DNA of 64,000 nt. Origin: Mobula hypostoma. Its lineage: Eukaryota. Below are positions 20,070-32,729 of this stretch, in pieces. The position numbers were made by a program, and so were the translations under genes. Position 1 is the first letter of the stretch; each line of letters opens with the position of its first letter. The notes beneath the pieces are model-generated. The model searched no databases and had not been told where the DNA came from. It saw only the letters and a list, made by a program, of their open reading frames with translations. The stretch is from positions 116,996,001 to 117,060,000 of the forward strand of contig NC_086097.1 of the NCBI RefSeq assembly GCF_963921235.1. The letters are read 5' to 3'.

Positions 20070-22655
20070 ATAATTAGTGATAACGGGACGTATTGAATTG
20101 GGATAGATGTTATTCTTTTTGTTTGTGTGAAAGCTGTTAGTTTGTGCGGGCTTTGCCAGAAGGTGTGAAGAGGATGAAGAGAGAAGACATGGCTTGAGGA
20201 GACGGTTGCCCGACCCGCTGGGCCTGGGCTCGGGGCTGGAGCCCAGGGGTCGACGACGAGCGAAGGACGATCAGCAGAAGGAAATTCGTGAGCTCCAACG
20301 TTGCACACTGGACATGTTGATGAGATTAATGGCGCCTTTTATTTGTTTCCCTTTTCTTTTGTTTCTCTACTAACCCCACACTTAAATATAAAATCTTAAT
20401 CGTTTAACCACACTTTGTGGACTGAATGTTATTTTGGGGTACTGGTGTTACACAGGGGACACAACATGCAGCATCCACCCAAACAAGAGTGCTAAAATGT
20501 GGTCAGGGAGGGGAAGCCAGTAGATGCAACGAGTCTTACATTGTCGGGGCCATTGTCCGGGATGTGGATTTTTGTAGGGTGCTGTGTGATTGCCCTGTTT
20601 AAATCAGTGCTCCTGTGTCTCTGTGAGATTGCTACTAGTAATGTGTGTCTCTGTGGGATTGCCGTTAGTAATGTGTACCTCTGTGGGATTGCCGTTAGTA
20701 ATGGATTGAGTGGGGTGGATATTCGTACCTTGGATGAATTGTTAATTCAATTTTTGAGTGTGGTTAAAGCTGATCGAGAAGTTGAAACTGTAGCACGAAA
20801 GTCTGATAAAATGGCGGGCTCAGACCTTGCTTCAGCGCGGGCTAGTGCTGATGTCACAGAGGTGGGATTGCCAATGTCTGTTGGTGCCCTGGGGGAGGTG
20901 GGTCCATGGGCTGTCCATACGGTCAGCAGCGAGGGAGAAGAGTGGTTGGAATGTTACCGCTATGGCCGGTCGTTGGAATAACGTCCACCCCTAAAGGGGT
21001 GGAGGCGTGGGTGGAGCGGACATCTCAGTTGTTGGATGAGTGGCAGAGCTCAGTTGAGGGAGAGTGACAGGGATTGTTTGGAAGATTGGATAGGTGGGCT
21101 GTTGATCCTGTCAGAACTGTCAGGTTCAATTACCCTGTAGTGACAGCTACCAATTATCTGAAAGTGGAGGAAAGTGCATTTGATTCGACTGGAAGTAAAA
21201 TGCAGCACCTGGGGAGCTTTCCATACCTGTGTCAGGAGATTGGGGATAAGCCTTCAGTGTATCTTCTCTGGCTAGGGGGGCAGCTAAATTGCTTGCAGTG
21301 CCAGAGGGATCACTTAAGGGGATCAGCCCCTTCCTCAGTTTTTCAGCTGATCAGAGAGGTGTCGGGAAACTTAGTGGAGGCCCAGTGGAAAATGGCTTGG
21401 GGTCTCTGGGGGAACATGTTCCCAGCAATGTACCAAGGAACTTCCGAAAGGAAAAGACCCTATTCCTGAAGGCTTAGAGGGACCACACCCCCGTGTGTTG
21501 TTACGGATAGATGGAAGCTATGCCATCCTCGACACTGGGGCGTAGGTAAAGTTGCTGCACAGTTCGTTTTGCAACCCGTATTTGAAGCATTTACTCTCGA
21601 CACCATTCAGGGCGCTGGAAATTCGGAGTATCAGTGCTAGGGATAATTCAGAAGATGATTATGGGTCAGCGAAACTGGAGTTCTCGGAGGCCAAGGTGGG
21701 GTGTCTGAGGTTTGTGAATCGTTAGTGCTGATGTGTCTGGACATCATCAGGAGGCGGGTGAGAACTGTTCAGGGGCTTTGCATGTGCACCCAGTGTTTCG
21801 AGCTGCTTGTGAGGATGTGTGTAGCAGCATTGGGCCGGTACCGAATTTAAATGAGAGCCAATGGTGGTATGGCCTGGGGGAAGTAACTGAGGGTGAGACC
21901 CTCTTAGTGGATGCTCCGACATACCACATGGGGGGGGAGGGTTGTTGACCGCTGAAGACACCTCGGTGAGAGAGAGGTCGCAGCGACTGGCCCCTGTAGC
22001 CGTGGAAGACGTAGGCGGTGTGTGTGTGGATTATAGGACTCTGAACAGGCGCTCTGTCATTGACCAGAATACGGCCCTGAGGGCAGAAGACGCAATGGTC
22101 TGTCTGAATGGTGCGACGTGATTTAATGTGCTGGATCTGAGGAGTGAATGTTGCCAGATCCCGATGAGTGAGGCCGACAAGGAGAAGATGGCTGTTATAG
22201 GTTCCCTAGGATTCTTTCGATCCGAAAAGATGCCACAGGGCATATCCGGAAACCCTGCAACCTTCCCGTGGGGCACGAGGAAGACCATGGGGGATGTGGG
22301 GGTGTTTGGAGTTTTGGCGTATGTGGATGATTGCCTAGGGTTTCGATTCGCCTTGGAAGACTATGATGTGAGGCGAGTGCCGGAGCCTGGGACAACCATT
22401 AAAGAATTGGAGTTCACGCTCGGCGAAGTGGAGACGGGGAAATGGAATTCCGAACCAAAATTGTGGTCATTTACTGATGAATTAATCCAGAGAGACAGAA
22501 CGATGACCAACCTTCGAAAGGATCAGCAGAAACTCAAGAAATGGATCCAGAACAGATTGGAAGAAGCTGGTGGTGTAATTGCGTCCCAGATGGAGATGGA
22601 CATGAATCATGGGTCAGAACTGCTGAGACTGGTGCGAGAGTTGGAGGAGTCAGAG
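20070..22655 (+). mobile_element. Highly degenerate Gypsy remnant with PNMA-like gag and RT fragment
   Basis: RT remnant [10 protein letters not shown]...[22 protein letters not shown]...[12 protein letters not shown]...LAYVDD at 22020-22335. PNMA-type gag remnant [13 protein letters not shown]...ESAFDST...[11 protein letters not shown] at 21005-21300. Ends are not resolved. Confidence 0.6.
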
Positions 22656-22660
22656 AAGAA

Positions 22661-23624
22661 ACATAGAAACATAGAAAATAGGTGCAGAAGTAGGCCATTT
22701 GGCCCTTCGAGCCTGCACCGCCATTCATTACGATCATGGCTGATCATCCAACTCAGATCCCTATACCTGCCTTCCCTCCATAGCCCTTGATACCTTTAGC
22801 CACAAGGGCCTTATCTAACTCCCTCTTAAATATAGCCAATGAACTGGCCTCAGCAGTTTCCCGTGGCAGAGAATTCCACAGATTCACCACTCTCTGTGTG
22901 AAGAAGTTTTCCCTCATCTCAGTCCTAAAAGGCTTCCCCTTTATCCTCAAACTGTGACCCCTCGTTCTGGACTTCCCCAACATCGGGAACAATCTTCCTG
23001 CATCTAGCCTGTCCAATCCCTTTAGAATTTTATACGTTTCAATCAGATCCCCCCTCAATCTTCTAAATTCCAGCGAGTATAAGCCTAGTCGATCCAATCT
23101 TTCTTCATATGAAAGTCCTGCCATCCCAGGAATCAATCTGGTGAACCTTCTTTATACCCCCTCTATGGCAAGAATGTCTTTCCTCAGATTAGGGGACCAA
23201 AACTGCACACAATACTCAAGGTGTGGTCTCACTAAGGACTTGTACAACTGCAGTAGTACCTCCCTGCTCCTGTACTCGAATCCTCTCGCTATAAATGCCA
23301 GCATACCATTCGCCTTTTTCACCGCCTATTGTACCTGCATGCCCACTTTCAATGACTGGTGTACAATGACACCCAGGTCTCGTTGCACCTCCCCTTTTTT
23401 CTAATCGGCCACCATTCAGATAATAATCTGTTTTCCTGTTCTTGCCACCAAAGTGGATAATCTCACATTTATCCACATTAAGTTGCATCTGCCATGACTT
23501 TGCTCACTCACCTAACCTATCCAAGTCACCCTGCATCCTCTTAGCATCCTCCTCACAGCTAACACTGCCGCCCAGCTTCATGTCATCCGCAAACTTGGAG
23601 ATGCTGCATTTAATTCCCTCATCT
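22661..23624 (-). mobile_element. 5'-truncated young CR1 LINE
   Basis: (AAACATAG)n tail. ORFs 22753-23136 and 23216-23488 give MQLNVDKCE...GLYSLEFRRLRGDLIETYK. Possible TSD AAGAA at 22656-22660 and 23625-23629. Confidence 0.9.
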
Positions 23625-24299
23625 AAGAACAACACAGATTACAAAAATAAAAGAACACACCAAGCAACAGTGCAACAACAGCGAAACAAGCCCCATTCCT
23701 CCCTCCCAACCCCCACCTACCCATGCACAAACACAGTCCTTTAACCCCAAAGCACATCATCTTCATTGGCCTCCAGCAGACTTGTGGACTTATAAACAAA
23801 TGGGTCCAAGCTTCCCCAGTGGCCAGGCTTAGGCCATTGGACCTTGACTATTGAACTTCTGATAGTTCTCTGGGCTTCGATCCAGACCTATACATGATTA
23901 TTATTGCTTTATTTGATAAATTATGCCCCTCCATTGATGCTGCCTGACTTGATGAGCCTCTCCAGCATTTTGTGTATGTTGATACTCTGGTAGTCTGCAA
24001 TATTGCATCAAGATGAGCATTGTTTTGCCAGGAGATCAGTTCAAGGCAGTTTGAGCAAGAGCAGCACACCATTGACAGCCTACTATTGACAGAACTATGA
24101 AGGACAGAGAGCCAGCCAGCAGAAAGGAGGAGTGCAAGAGCATCACTAGCAATACGCAAAAGGCATCAATGAATTGGGAAGCCATTGGAGTCATGGGTAC
24201 AGAAAACACATCCTTCAATCCAGCATGACTGAGTTAACTAACTCAGCTATCCATTTGCCTGCATTTGGCCCTGTCACTCTGAGTCATTCATATCCATGT

Positions 24300-24880
24300 A
24301 TGCTCGGTGGCCACTGTGTCAGATATCTCCTCTACCTAATGATGTGGTCTCTGATTGTATGCCCACGGTCCTCTGCTGCTGAAGCCCACTCACTTCAAGG
24401 TTCGATGTGTTGTGTGTTTGGAGATACTTTTCTGGACGTTGCTGTTGTGATGAGTGTTTATTTAATTTTCGGTCATCTTCTGCCTTCTGTTTCGTTCACC
24501 TTCTTGTCAGTTTGAGCCATTATGGCCATTGTCCTCTGACCTCTCTCATTAACGAGGTGTTTGCTCCGACACGATTGCCACTCACTGAATGTATTTTTTC
24601 ACCATTCTCTGTAAACTCAAGAGACTGGTGTTCATGAAAAATCCTTGGGGATCAGCAGTTTCTGTGATACTCAAACTACCTCGTGTAGCACGAACAATCA
24701 TTCCATGATCAAAGTCACTTTGATCTTCCCCTTCTGATGTTTGGTCTGACCAGCCACTGAACCACTTGACCATGTCTGCGTGCTCTTATGCATTGAGTTG
24801 CTGCCGTATGATTGGCTGATTAGATATTTGCTTTAAGCAGTAGGTAGAGAGGTGTATCTGATAAAGTGGCCACTGACTGT
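24300..24880 (-). mobile_element. Non-autonomous Tc1/mariner element
   Basis: Ends resemble CACTCAGTGGCCACTTTA in inverted orientation. Transposase N-terminal remnant SDFDHGMIVRATRGSLSITETAD. Same family as 56114-61836. Confidence 0.7.
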
Positions 24881-26022
24881 ACCTGTCCAAACATCTTTTA
24901 AATATCCTAACTGTATCTACCCCGACCAGTTCCTCTAACTGCTTGATCCGGTTACGTAACCGGCAACAATGAATAACAATTGAGTCAGGTTATATAAAAA
25001 CAACCAAACATTTATTAAACACAGATAAACACTAAAACACAAACCAAAACCTTAACTGGAAGTTAACCGCTATGCGGCCGTTCAACAAACTGTCGCTCGG
25101 TACTGGTTCTTAAAGCGATAAATGCGAAAACAGTTCTTAAAGCGATAAAGTCAGATGCAGTTCTTAAAATGGTAAATGCAAATGTCCACTGGATTTATAC
25201 ATTCAATTGGGAGAGACTTCTCTGGAGAAGGATTTCTTCCTAGACGCGACTTTCCTGTTGGTTCTGTCCAAAGGATTCATGATGAACGAAATAAATGGCT
25301 TAAAACAACTGACCTTAATTTCTAGAGCAAATCCTGCATGAACTACCTTGCTCTTTCAGCAGGAGTTATCTTCGATGCAGGTCGCTACTTCTTCAATGAA
25401 GACTCAATAAGGCCGATCCTTTGTTAAACTGCCGAACATTCTTAACTTCTCTTAATCCTTCATATCCTGTACTTCGATAAAGTCTTCACTCTCCAATACC
25501 ACAGAAGAAAGATACACTAACAAACCTGGCAGTGATTGTCAAACTGCTGGCTCAGACTTCGGTATCTTACATGAGAACATAAAACTCTGTTTAAAATCAA
25601 AACAGCGTCATACTGCAAATACGCAGCGGAGCGGAGTATCTCATTGACGTTCTAACTGGAAAACTAAAAAACTAAACTGCGTCACCTAAGACCTTCCCTT
25701 TTATACCCGTGGTGAACATGTCATCATGTGAGCTCACATTGGTGGGAAAATTACATCAGGTGACCTCGAAAAGACCATTACATTATTCTCACAAGAAAGT
25801 CACAAGATCTCCTTGAGGTATGTAACACCTTCCTCCAAAAAAAATTTTGGTCTCAAGGAACAAAATTTTAACAATTAACAATTTATACAAAAAAATACAA
25901 AGGTATAAAATTTACAACTTACACAATATATACAGTCTTATCTTTCAGCACTTTACAAACTAATACAGTAGGAGTGTTACATATGTTAAAATACCACGCC
26001 ATAAAAAATTTTCATTGTACAT

Positions 26023-29000
26023 TTAGCATCTAGATAGACAATCAGCGATCACATTATCTTTACCCTTAATATGAGTGATCAAAATATTATACTCCTGTAA
26101 CATTAAACTCCAATTTAATAATCTTCTATTTATGTTTTTCATCTTACTCAAAAACACTAATGGATTATGATTGGTATAAACTGTGAGTGGCTTATGTGTA
26201 GTACTAACATACACTTCAAAATGTTGTAAAGCCAAATCAAGAGATACTAATTCCTTTTCTATTGTTGAATAATTTCTTTAATGGGCATTAAACTTCTGAG
26301 AAAAATAAGCTACTGGATGATAAACTTCATCACCACCATCTCTTTGAAGTAACACTCCTCCTGCAGCTTCATCACTAGCATCTACAGCTAACGAAAATGG
26401 TTTTTCAAAGTCAGGAGATTTAAGTACAGGTTGACTACATATTGTAGTTTTCAATTTATCAAATGCCTCCTGACAAGACTCTGTCCAAACAAACTTTTCA
26501 TTTTTCTTCAAGAGATTAGTTAATGGAAGAGCAATGTTCACAAAATCCTTACAAAATTTTCTATAATATCCTACCAAACCCAAGAATCTTCTCAGAGTTT
26601 TTCTACCAGTTGCAGTAGGCACTTCTAAAATTGCCTGAACTTTTGCCTGAACGGTTGCTAATTTTCCCTGACCCACAACATAACCAAGGTAAGTCACTGT
26701 GGCATGGCCAAATTCACTTTTAGCTAAGTTAATAGTTAAGTTAGCTTTTGAAAATCTCTCAAATAGTTTCTCCACCGCAGTAATATGTGCTTCCACGTAT
26801 TATTTCCTGTAACAAAATCATCAATATAGGCATTTGTATCTTTTAATCCCTGAATCACACTATTAATCACCCTCTGAAAAGTACCTGGTGCATTCTTCAT
26901 CCCAAAGGGAAGAACATTATATTCATACAACCCAGATGGGGTTACAAATGCAGGTATCTCTCTACCTCTATCCATGAATGGAACACACCAATAACCTTTT
27001 AACAAATCAATTTTTGTAAGGAATTTGGCTTGCCCAGCTTTATCCATACAATCATCTACCCTAGGGATTGGATATGCATCAATTTTTGTCACAGCATTCA
27101 CCTTCCTGTAAAACAGCTCACCAAATACTGGAATTGGTTGCAGTGGGGCTACTGGAGTAACTTGATTAGGTTTACCCACAATTTGATACTTATGACATGT
27201 TCTACAAATTGTCGCCACATCTTTTCTTAAACTAGGCCAATAAAAATGTTTTGAAACCTTGTTCATAGTTTTCTTCACACCTAAATGACCACCCAAAGGA
27301 ATACTATGAACCATAGTTAAAATCTCATTTCGATAAATTTTAGGAACTACTACCTGATGATTATCTTCCCATTCCTCACTAGCAGGAATCGTAGGTGATC
27401 TCCACTTTCTCATTAATACTCCCTTTTCAAAATAATATCCTACTGGCACTTTTTCAATTTCACTATCTGGAAGAGCTTGCTCCTTTAATTTAACTATCTC
27501 AGTATCTCTACCCTGCTCTGCTGTCATCTCCTTCCAAGATAGAGACAAATCTTCCTGGTCAGTCTTACTACCAAAATCCTGACCAAATAATGTAGGTAAG
27601 AAAGTTTCTGATACATCCTCAAAATTCGAATCTTGAGTTGAACAATCATAGGTAACAAACTCATCCTTTACATCAGTCTTTTTAGACATAGCTCTTGTTA
27701 CAACACAGGAAGAATCTGTGTTAGAATCCCTCTGTGGTTCCTCAGAATTAGGATTTATTGTTAAATGCACTTCAGGAAAAACTTGTCCACCTGCTAAGTC
27801 ATTCCCTAACAAAAGAGAAACATCATTCACAGGTAAACTGGATTGTAGTCCTACTTTAACAACCCCTGTAACTAATCCTGACCTTAAATTTACTCTATGT
27901 AAATATACTGGCATAAAGGCACTCCCAACTCCTCTTATATAATTTACCTCATCACTAAACTTTAGTACATTGTCTAATATTAGTGATTGAGAAGCTCCAG
28001 TATCTCTAAGTATTTTTATTGGTACTGAATTGGACCCTTCTTTCAAGGATGCAAATGGTTCTGTTATAGAAGTTTCACATCCCTTCTTAACTTGGTCAGA
28101 CTCTGACACATCTTCATTCGTATTTATCAAACTCTGTGAACTTACAGGTTTTTCAATATGCGGCACACAAGCATCTGGGACGGCTTCTTTCTCTTTCTTT
28201 TTCAATTGAATGCAGTTAGCCACTACATGTCCAGGTTTCTTACAATAATTACAAATAATACCAAAATGTCTTTCCTTCACATGTCTCCCTTCATCCTTAC
28301 CTTTCTCACTAACTTCAAATTTAATTTTTGGTTTACCTTGACTCTCTGTGCTATTTTTCCTTTTAAAAGTTCTACCTGGAGAAAATTTATTCTTATGATT
28401 TAGAGCATACTCATCAGCTAATTTAGCAGTCTCCTGCAATGTAACAGTGTCCCTTTCATTTAAGTATGTTCTCACTTCAACAAGAATGCTTCTTTTAAAT
28501 TCCTCCAGTAAAATCAACTCTTTTAATTTATTATACTCCCTATTCACATTTTTAGAGGAAACCCATCTCTCAAAACACACAGATTACATATAGGCAAATT
28601 CTACGTAAGTTTTTTCCACTGATTTCTTCAAATTTCTGGATCTTTCTCTACACACTTCCGGAACCACTTATACGCCTTTAATATATGCTGTTTAACAATA
28701 TCATAATCCAGTGCTTGCTCAGCATTTAAAGCTGTATAAACTTGTTGTGCCTTGCCTTTAATGACACTTTGTAACATCACTGGCCATTGCTCTTTAGGCC
28801 ACCGTAAACTCAGAGCAACAGTCGAAATGCTGGAAATATTTGTCCACTTCAGCTTCATTAAATGGAGGAGCCAAAATAACCTCACAGCTAGCAATAAACT
28901 GTTTCTTAGAACCTGAAGACTGATTTCCCATCCTTAATTTCTCCATTTTTAACTCAAATTTCCTCTGGCTTTCAGATTCTCTTTCTTCAAATTCCCTTAA

Positions 29001-29286
29001 TTTGTTAGCCTCTCTTTCGTCCATTTCTGCTTTAAATCTTTCAAACTTTATCTGTTCAAGATTTAACTGCATTTCCAGATTACTAATTGGAAACCTATCC
29101 AGCACCTCATCATCAAACATTTTCAAACTGATATAATACTTAGCGATTTTTCTTTGAATTAAAGCCTTTGTGGTATTCTTCATAATTCCCTTAATATCCA
29201 ACTTCCTAGCAATCTCCAATACAACAGGTTTTCTCCATTCTCTAAAAACACCGGGTCAGGCGTGTCCATAAAGTCGTCAACATTCA
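26023..29286 (-). pseudogene. Gmr1-like gag-pol polyprotein (frameshifted; integrase core deleted)
   Basis: SCAN-like CFERWV...LKELILLEEFK...AKLADEY; knuckle CNYCKKPGHVVANC; protease ILRDTGASQS; integrase HHCC HSIPLGGHLG...CRTC; RT IDLLKGYW...YIDD; RNase H AVDASD...NVIADCLSR. Confidence 0.9.
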
Positions 29287-29512
29287 TTGCTGCCGAATAT
29301 CACTCACACACCAATCAAACTAAAAAAAAAAAGGGTATTTCCCTTTTCCACATCAGAGTGGCAATTACCAGCACTTAAACTCAAAAATTTTTGGAACAGA
29401 ATCTGGTCGAGCTCCCACAAATTATGTTACGTAACCGGAAACAATGAATATCAATCGAGTCAGGTTATATAAAAACAGCCAAACATTTATTAAACACGGA
29501 CAAACACTAAAA

Positions 29513-32323
29513 AGGTTCTGAACTTAAAGAAGGGTAACTTTGAAGGTATGAGACGTGAATTAGCTAAGATAGACTGGCAAATGACACTTAAAGGGTTGAC
29601 AGTGGATATGCAAAGGCAAGCATTTAAAGATCGCATGGATGAACTACAACAATTGTTCATCCCAGTTTGGCAAATTAGCCAGAAAAAGTGGTTCACTTGA
29701 GGACTGGGAGAAATTCAGAGTTCAGCAGAGGAGGACAAAGGGCTTAATTAGGAAGGGGAAAAAAGATTATGAGAGAAAACTGGCAGGGAACATAAAAACT
29801 GACCGTAAAAGCTTTTATAGATATGTGAAAAGAAAAAGATTGGTTAAGACAAATGTAGGTCCCCTACAGACAGAAATAGGTGAATTGATTATGGGGAGCA
29901 AGGACATGGCAGACCAATTGAATAATTACTTTGGTTCTGTCTTCATTAAGGAGGACATAAATAATCTTCCGGAAATAGTAGGGGATAGAGGGTCCAGTGA
30001 GATGGAGGAACTGAGGGAAATACATGTTAGTAGGGAAGTGGTGTTAGGTAAATTGAAGGGATTAAAGGCGGATAAATCCCCAGGGCCAGATGGTCTGCAT
30101 CCCAGAGTGCTTAAGGAAGTAGCCCAAGAAATAGTGGATGCATTAGTGATAATTTTTCAAAACTCTTTAGATTCTGGACTAGTTCCTGAGGATTGAAGGG
30201 TGGCTAATGTAACCCCACTTTTTAAAAAAGGAGGGAGAGAGAAACCGGGGAATTATAGACTGGATAGCCTGACATCAGTGGTGGGGAAACTGCTAGAGTC
30301 AGTTATCAAAGATGTGATAACAGCACATTTGGAAAGCGGTGAAATCATCGGACAAAATCAGCATGGATTTGGGAAAGGAAAATCATGTCTGACGAATCTC
30401 ATAGAATTTTTTGAGGTTGCAACTAGTAGGGTGGATAGGGGAGAACCAGTGGATGTGGTATATTTGGATTTTCAAAAGGCTTTTGACAAGGTCCCACACA
30501 GGAGATTAGTGTGCAAACTTAAAGCACACGGTATTGGGGGTAAGGTATTGATGTGGATAGAGAATTAGTTGGCAGACAGGAACAAAGAGTAGGAATAAAC
30601 GGGACCTTTTCAGAATGGCGGGCAGTGACTAGTGGGGTACCGCAAGGCTCAGTGCTGGGACCCCAGTTGTTTACAATATATATTAATGACTTGGATGAGG
30701 GAATTAAACATAGAAACATAGAATCATAGAAAATAGGTGCAGGAGTAGGCCATTCGGCCCTAAATGCAGCATCTCCAAGTTTGCCGATGACACGAAGCTG
30801 GGCGGCAGTCTTAGCTGTGAGGAGGATGTTAAGAGGATGCAGGGTGACTTGGATAGGTTAGGTGAGTGGGCAAATTCATGAGAGATGCAATTTAATGTGG
30901 ATAAATGTGAAGTTATCCACCTTGGTGGCAAGAACAGGAAAACAGATTATTATCTGAATGGTGGCCGATTAGGAAAAGGGGAGGTGCAACGAGACCTGGG
31001 TGTCATTATACACCAGTCATTGAAAGTGGGCATGCAGGTACAGCAGGCGGTGAAAAAGGCGAATGGTATGCTGACATTTATAGCAAGAGGATTCGAGTAC
31101 AGGAGCAGGGAGGTACTACTGCAGTTGTACAAGGCCTTGGTGAGACCACACCTGGAGTATTGTGTGCAGTTTTGGTCCCCTAATCTGAGGAAAGACATCC
31201 TTGCCATAGAGGGAGTACAAAGAAGGTTCACCAGATTGATTTCTGGGATGGCAAGACTTTCATATGATGAAAGACTGGATGAACTAGGCTTATACTCGTT
31301 GGAATTTAGAAGATTGAGGGGGGATCTGATTGAAACGTATAAAATCCTAAAGGGATTGGACAGGCTAGATGCAGGAAGATTGTTCCTGATGTTGGGGAAG
31401 TCCAGAACGAGGGGTCACAGTTTGAGGATAAAAGGGAAGCCTTTTAGGATTGAGATTAGGAAAAACTTCTTCACACAGAGAGTGGTGAATCTGTGGAATT
31501 CTCTGCCACAGGAAACAGTTGAGGCAAGTTCATTGGTTATATTTAAGAGGGAGTTAGATATGGCCCTTGTGGCTAAAGGGATCAGGGGGTATGGAGGGAA
31601 GGCTGGTGCAGGGTTCTGAGTTGGATGATCAGCCATGATCATACTAAATGGCGGTGCAGGCTCGAAGGGCCGAATGGCCTATTCCTGCACCTATTTTCCA
31701 TGTTTTCTGTGTTTCTATTACTAGTCAGTGAAAATGTCAAAGCAGTACTCAGTCAGGACAGACTGGAGAACTTGACTAGTGAGGCACAATGGGTGGATTT
31801 GAGAAATAAGAAATGTATGACCACGTTAATAGGGCTATATTACACATCACCCAACAGTCCTAAGGATCTAGATAAACAAATTTATAGAGAGAATGCAGAC
31901 CGTTGCAAGAAACATAAGGTTGTTATTGTAATTGATTTTAACTTTCCACATATTGATTGGGAATCTTATTCTGTAAAAGGACTAGATAGGATAGAGTTTG
32001 TCAAATGTGGGCAGGAAAATTCCCTTCATCAGTATGTGGAAGTCCCAGTGAGAAAACATGTGATACTGGATCTGCTATTAGGGAATGAGACAGGGCAGGT
32101 GACAGAAATTTGTGTAAAGGTACACTTTGCATCCAGTGTCCACCATGCCGTTAGTTTCAAATTAAATACACAAAGTGATAGGTCTGATCTGTGGGTTGAG
32201 ATTCTAAATTGGAGAAAGGCCGATTTTGATGGTATCAGAAATTATCTGTCAAGTATGGATTGGGAGAGGCTGTTTTCTGGCAAAGGTGCTGCACGTGCAC
32301 CTATTTTCTATGTTTCTATGTTT
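29513..32323 (+). mobile_element. Composite CR1 insertion in the Gmr1 5' LTR
   Basis: TSD CTAAAA at 29507-29512 and 32324-32329. CR1 ORF2 (KSPGPDGLHPRVLKE, NQHGF, YLDFQKAFDKVPH, FADD) to a first tail at about 31717, then about 570 bp of CR1 endonuclease sequence, then a second tail. Confidence 0.9.
30709..30760 (-). mobile_element. 52-bp CR1 tail-only insertion, antisense inside the CR1 RT
   Basis: CATAGAAACATAGAATCATAGAAAATAGGTGCAGGAGTAGGCCATTCGGCCC flanked by TSD TAAA (30705-30708 and 30761-30764). Confidence 0.85.
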
Positions 32324-32729
32324 CTAAAACACAAATGAAAACCTTAACCGGAAGTTAACTGCTATGCGGCCATTAAACAAACTGTCACTCGGTACAGGTT
32401 CTTAAAGCGATAAATGCGAAAACAGTTCTTAAAGCGGTAAAGTCAAATGCAGTTCTTAAAATCGTAAATTCGAAAGTCCACCAGATTTATACATTCAATT
32501 GGGAGAGACTTCTCTGGAGAAGGATTTCTCCATAGACGCGACTTTCCTGTTGGTTCTGTCCAAAGGATTCACGATGAAGGAAATAAATGGCTTAAAACAA
32601 CTGACCTTAATTTCTAGAGCAAATTGGTGGGAAAATTACATCAGGTGATCTCCAAAAGACCATTACATCATTCTCACAATAAAGTCACAAGATCTCCTTG
32701 AGGTATGCAACAATCTATTTGCCACCACA

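Larger units (their letters stand above)
24950..32712 (-). mobile_element. Gmr1-like Gypsy LTR retrotransposon (gag-SCAN-CCHC, PR, IN before RT-RH), internally deleted
   Basis: 3' LTR 24950-25827. 5' LTR 29425-32712 is split by a CR1 and lacks about 410 bp present in the other LTR. PPT GGAGGAAGG next to the 3' LTR; PBS TGGGAGCTCGACC resembles a tRNA-Pro site. Imperfect 4-bp TSD ATCC/ATCT. Confidence 0.9.

Noticed and set aside
20900..21400. Domesticated PNMA gene
   Set aside because: Multiple stops and frameshifts, with adjacent RT remnants, indicate a decayed retrotransposon.
23605..23629. Link between this CR1's truncation point and the 52-bp insertion site at the homologous position (30705)
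   Set aside because: The positions are about 15 nt apart and two events are too few to separate a hotspot from chance.
31625..32338. 237-aa ORF as a host endonuclease gene
   Set aside because: It starts in a CR1 3' UTR, runs through a CR1 endonuclease fragment and ends in a tail.
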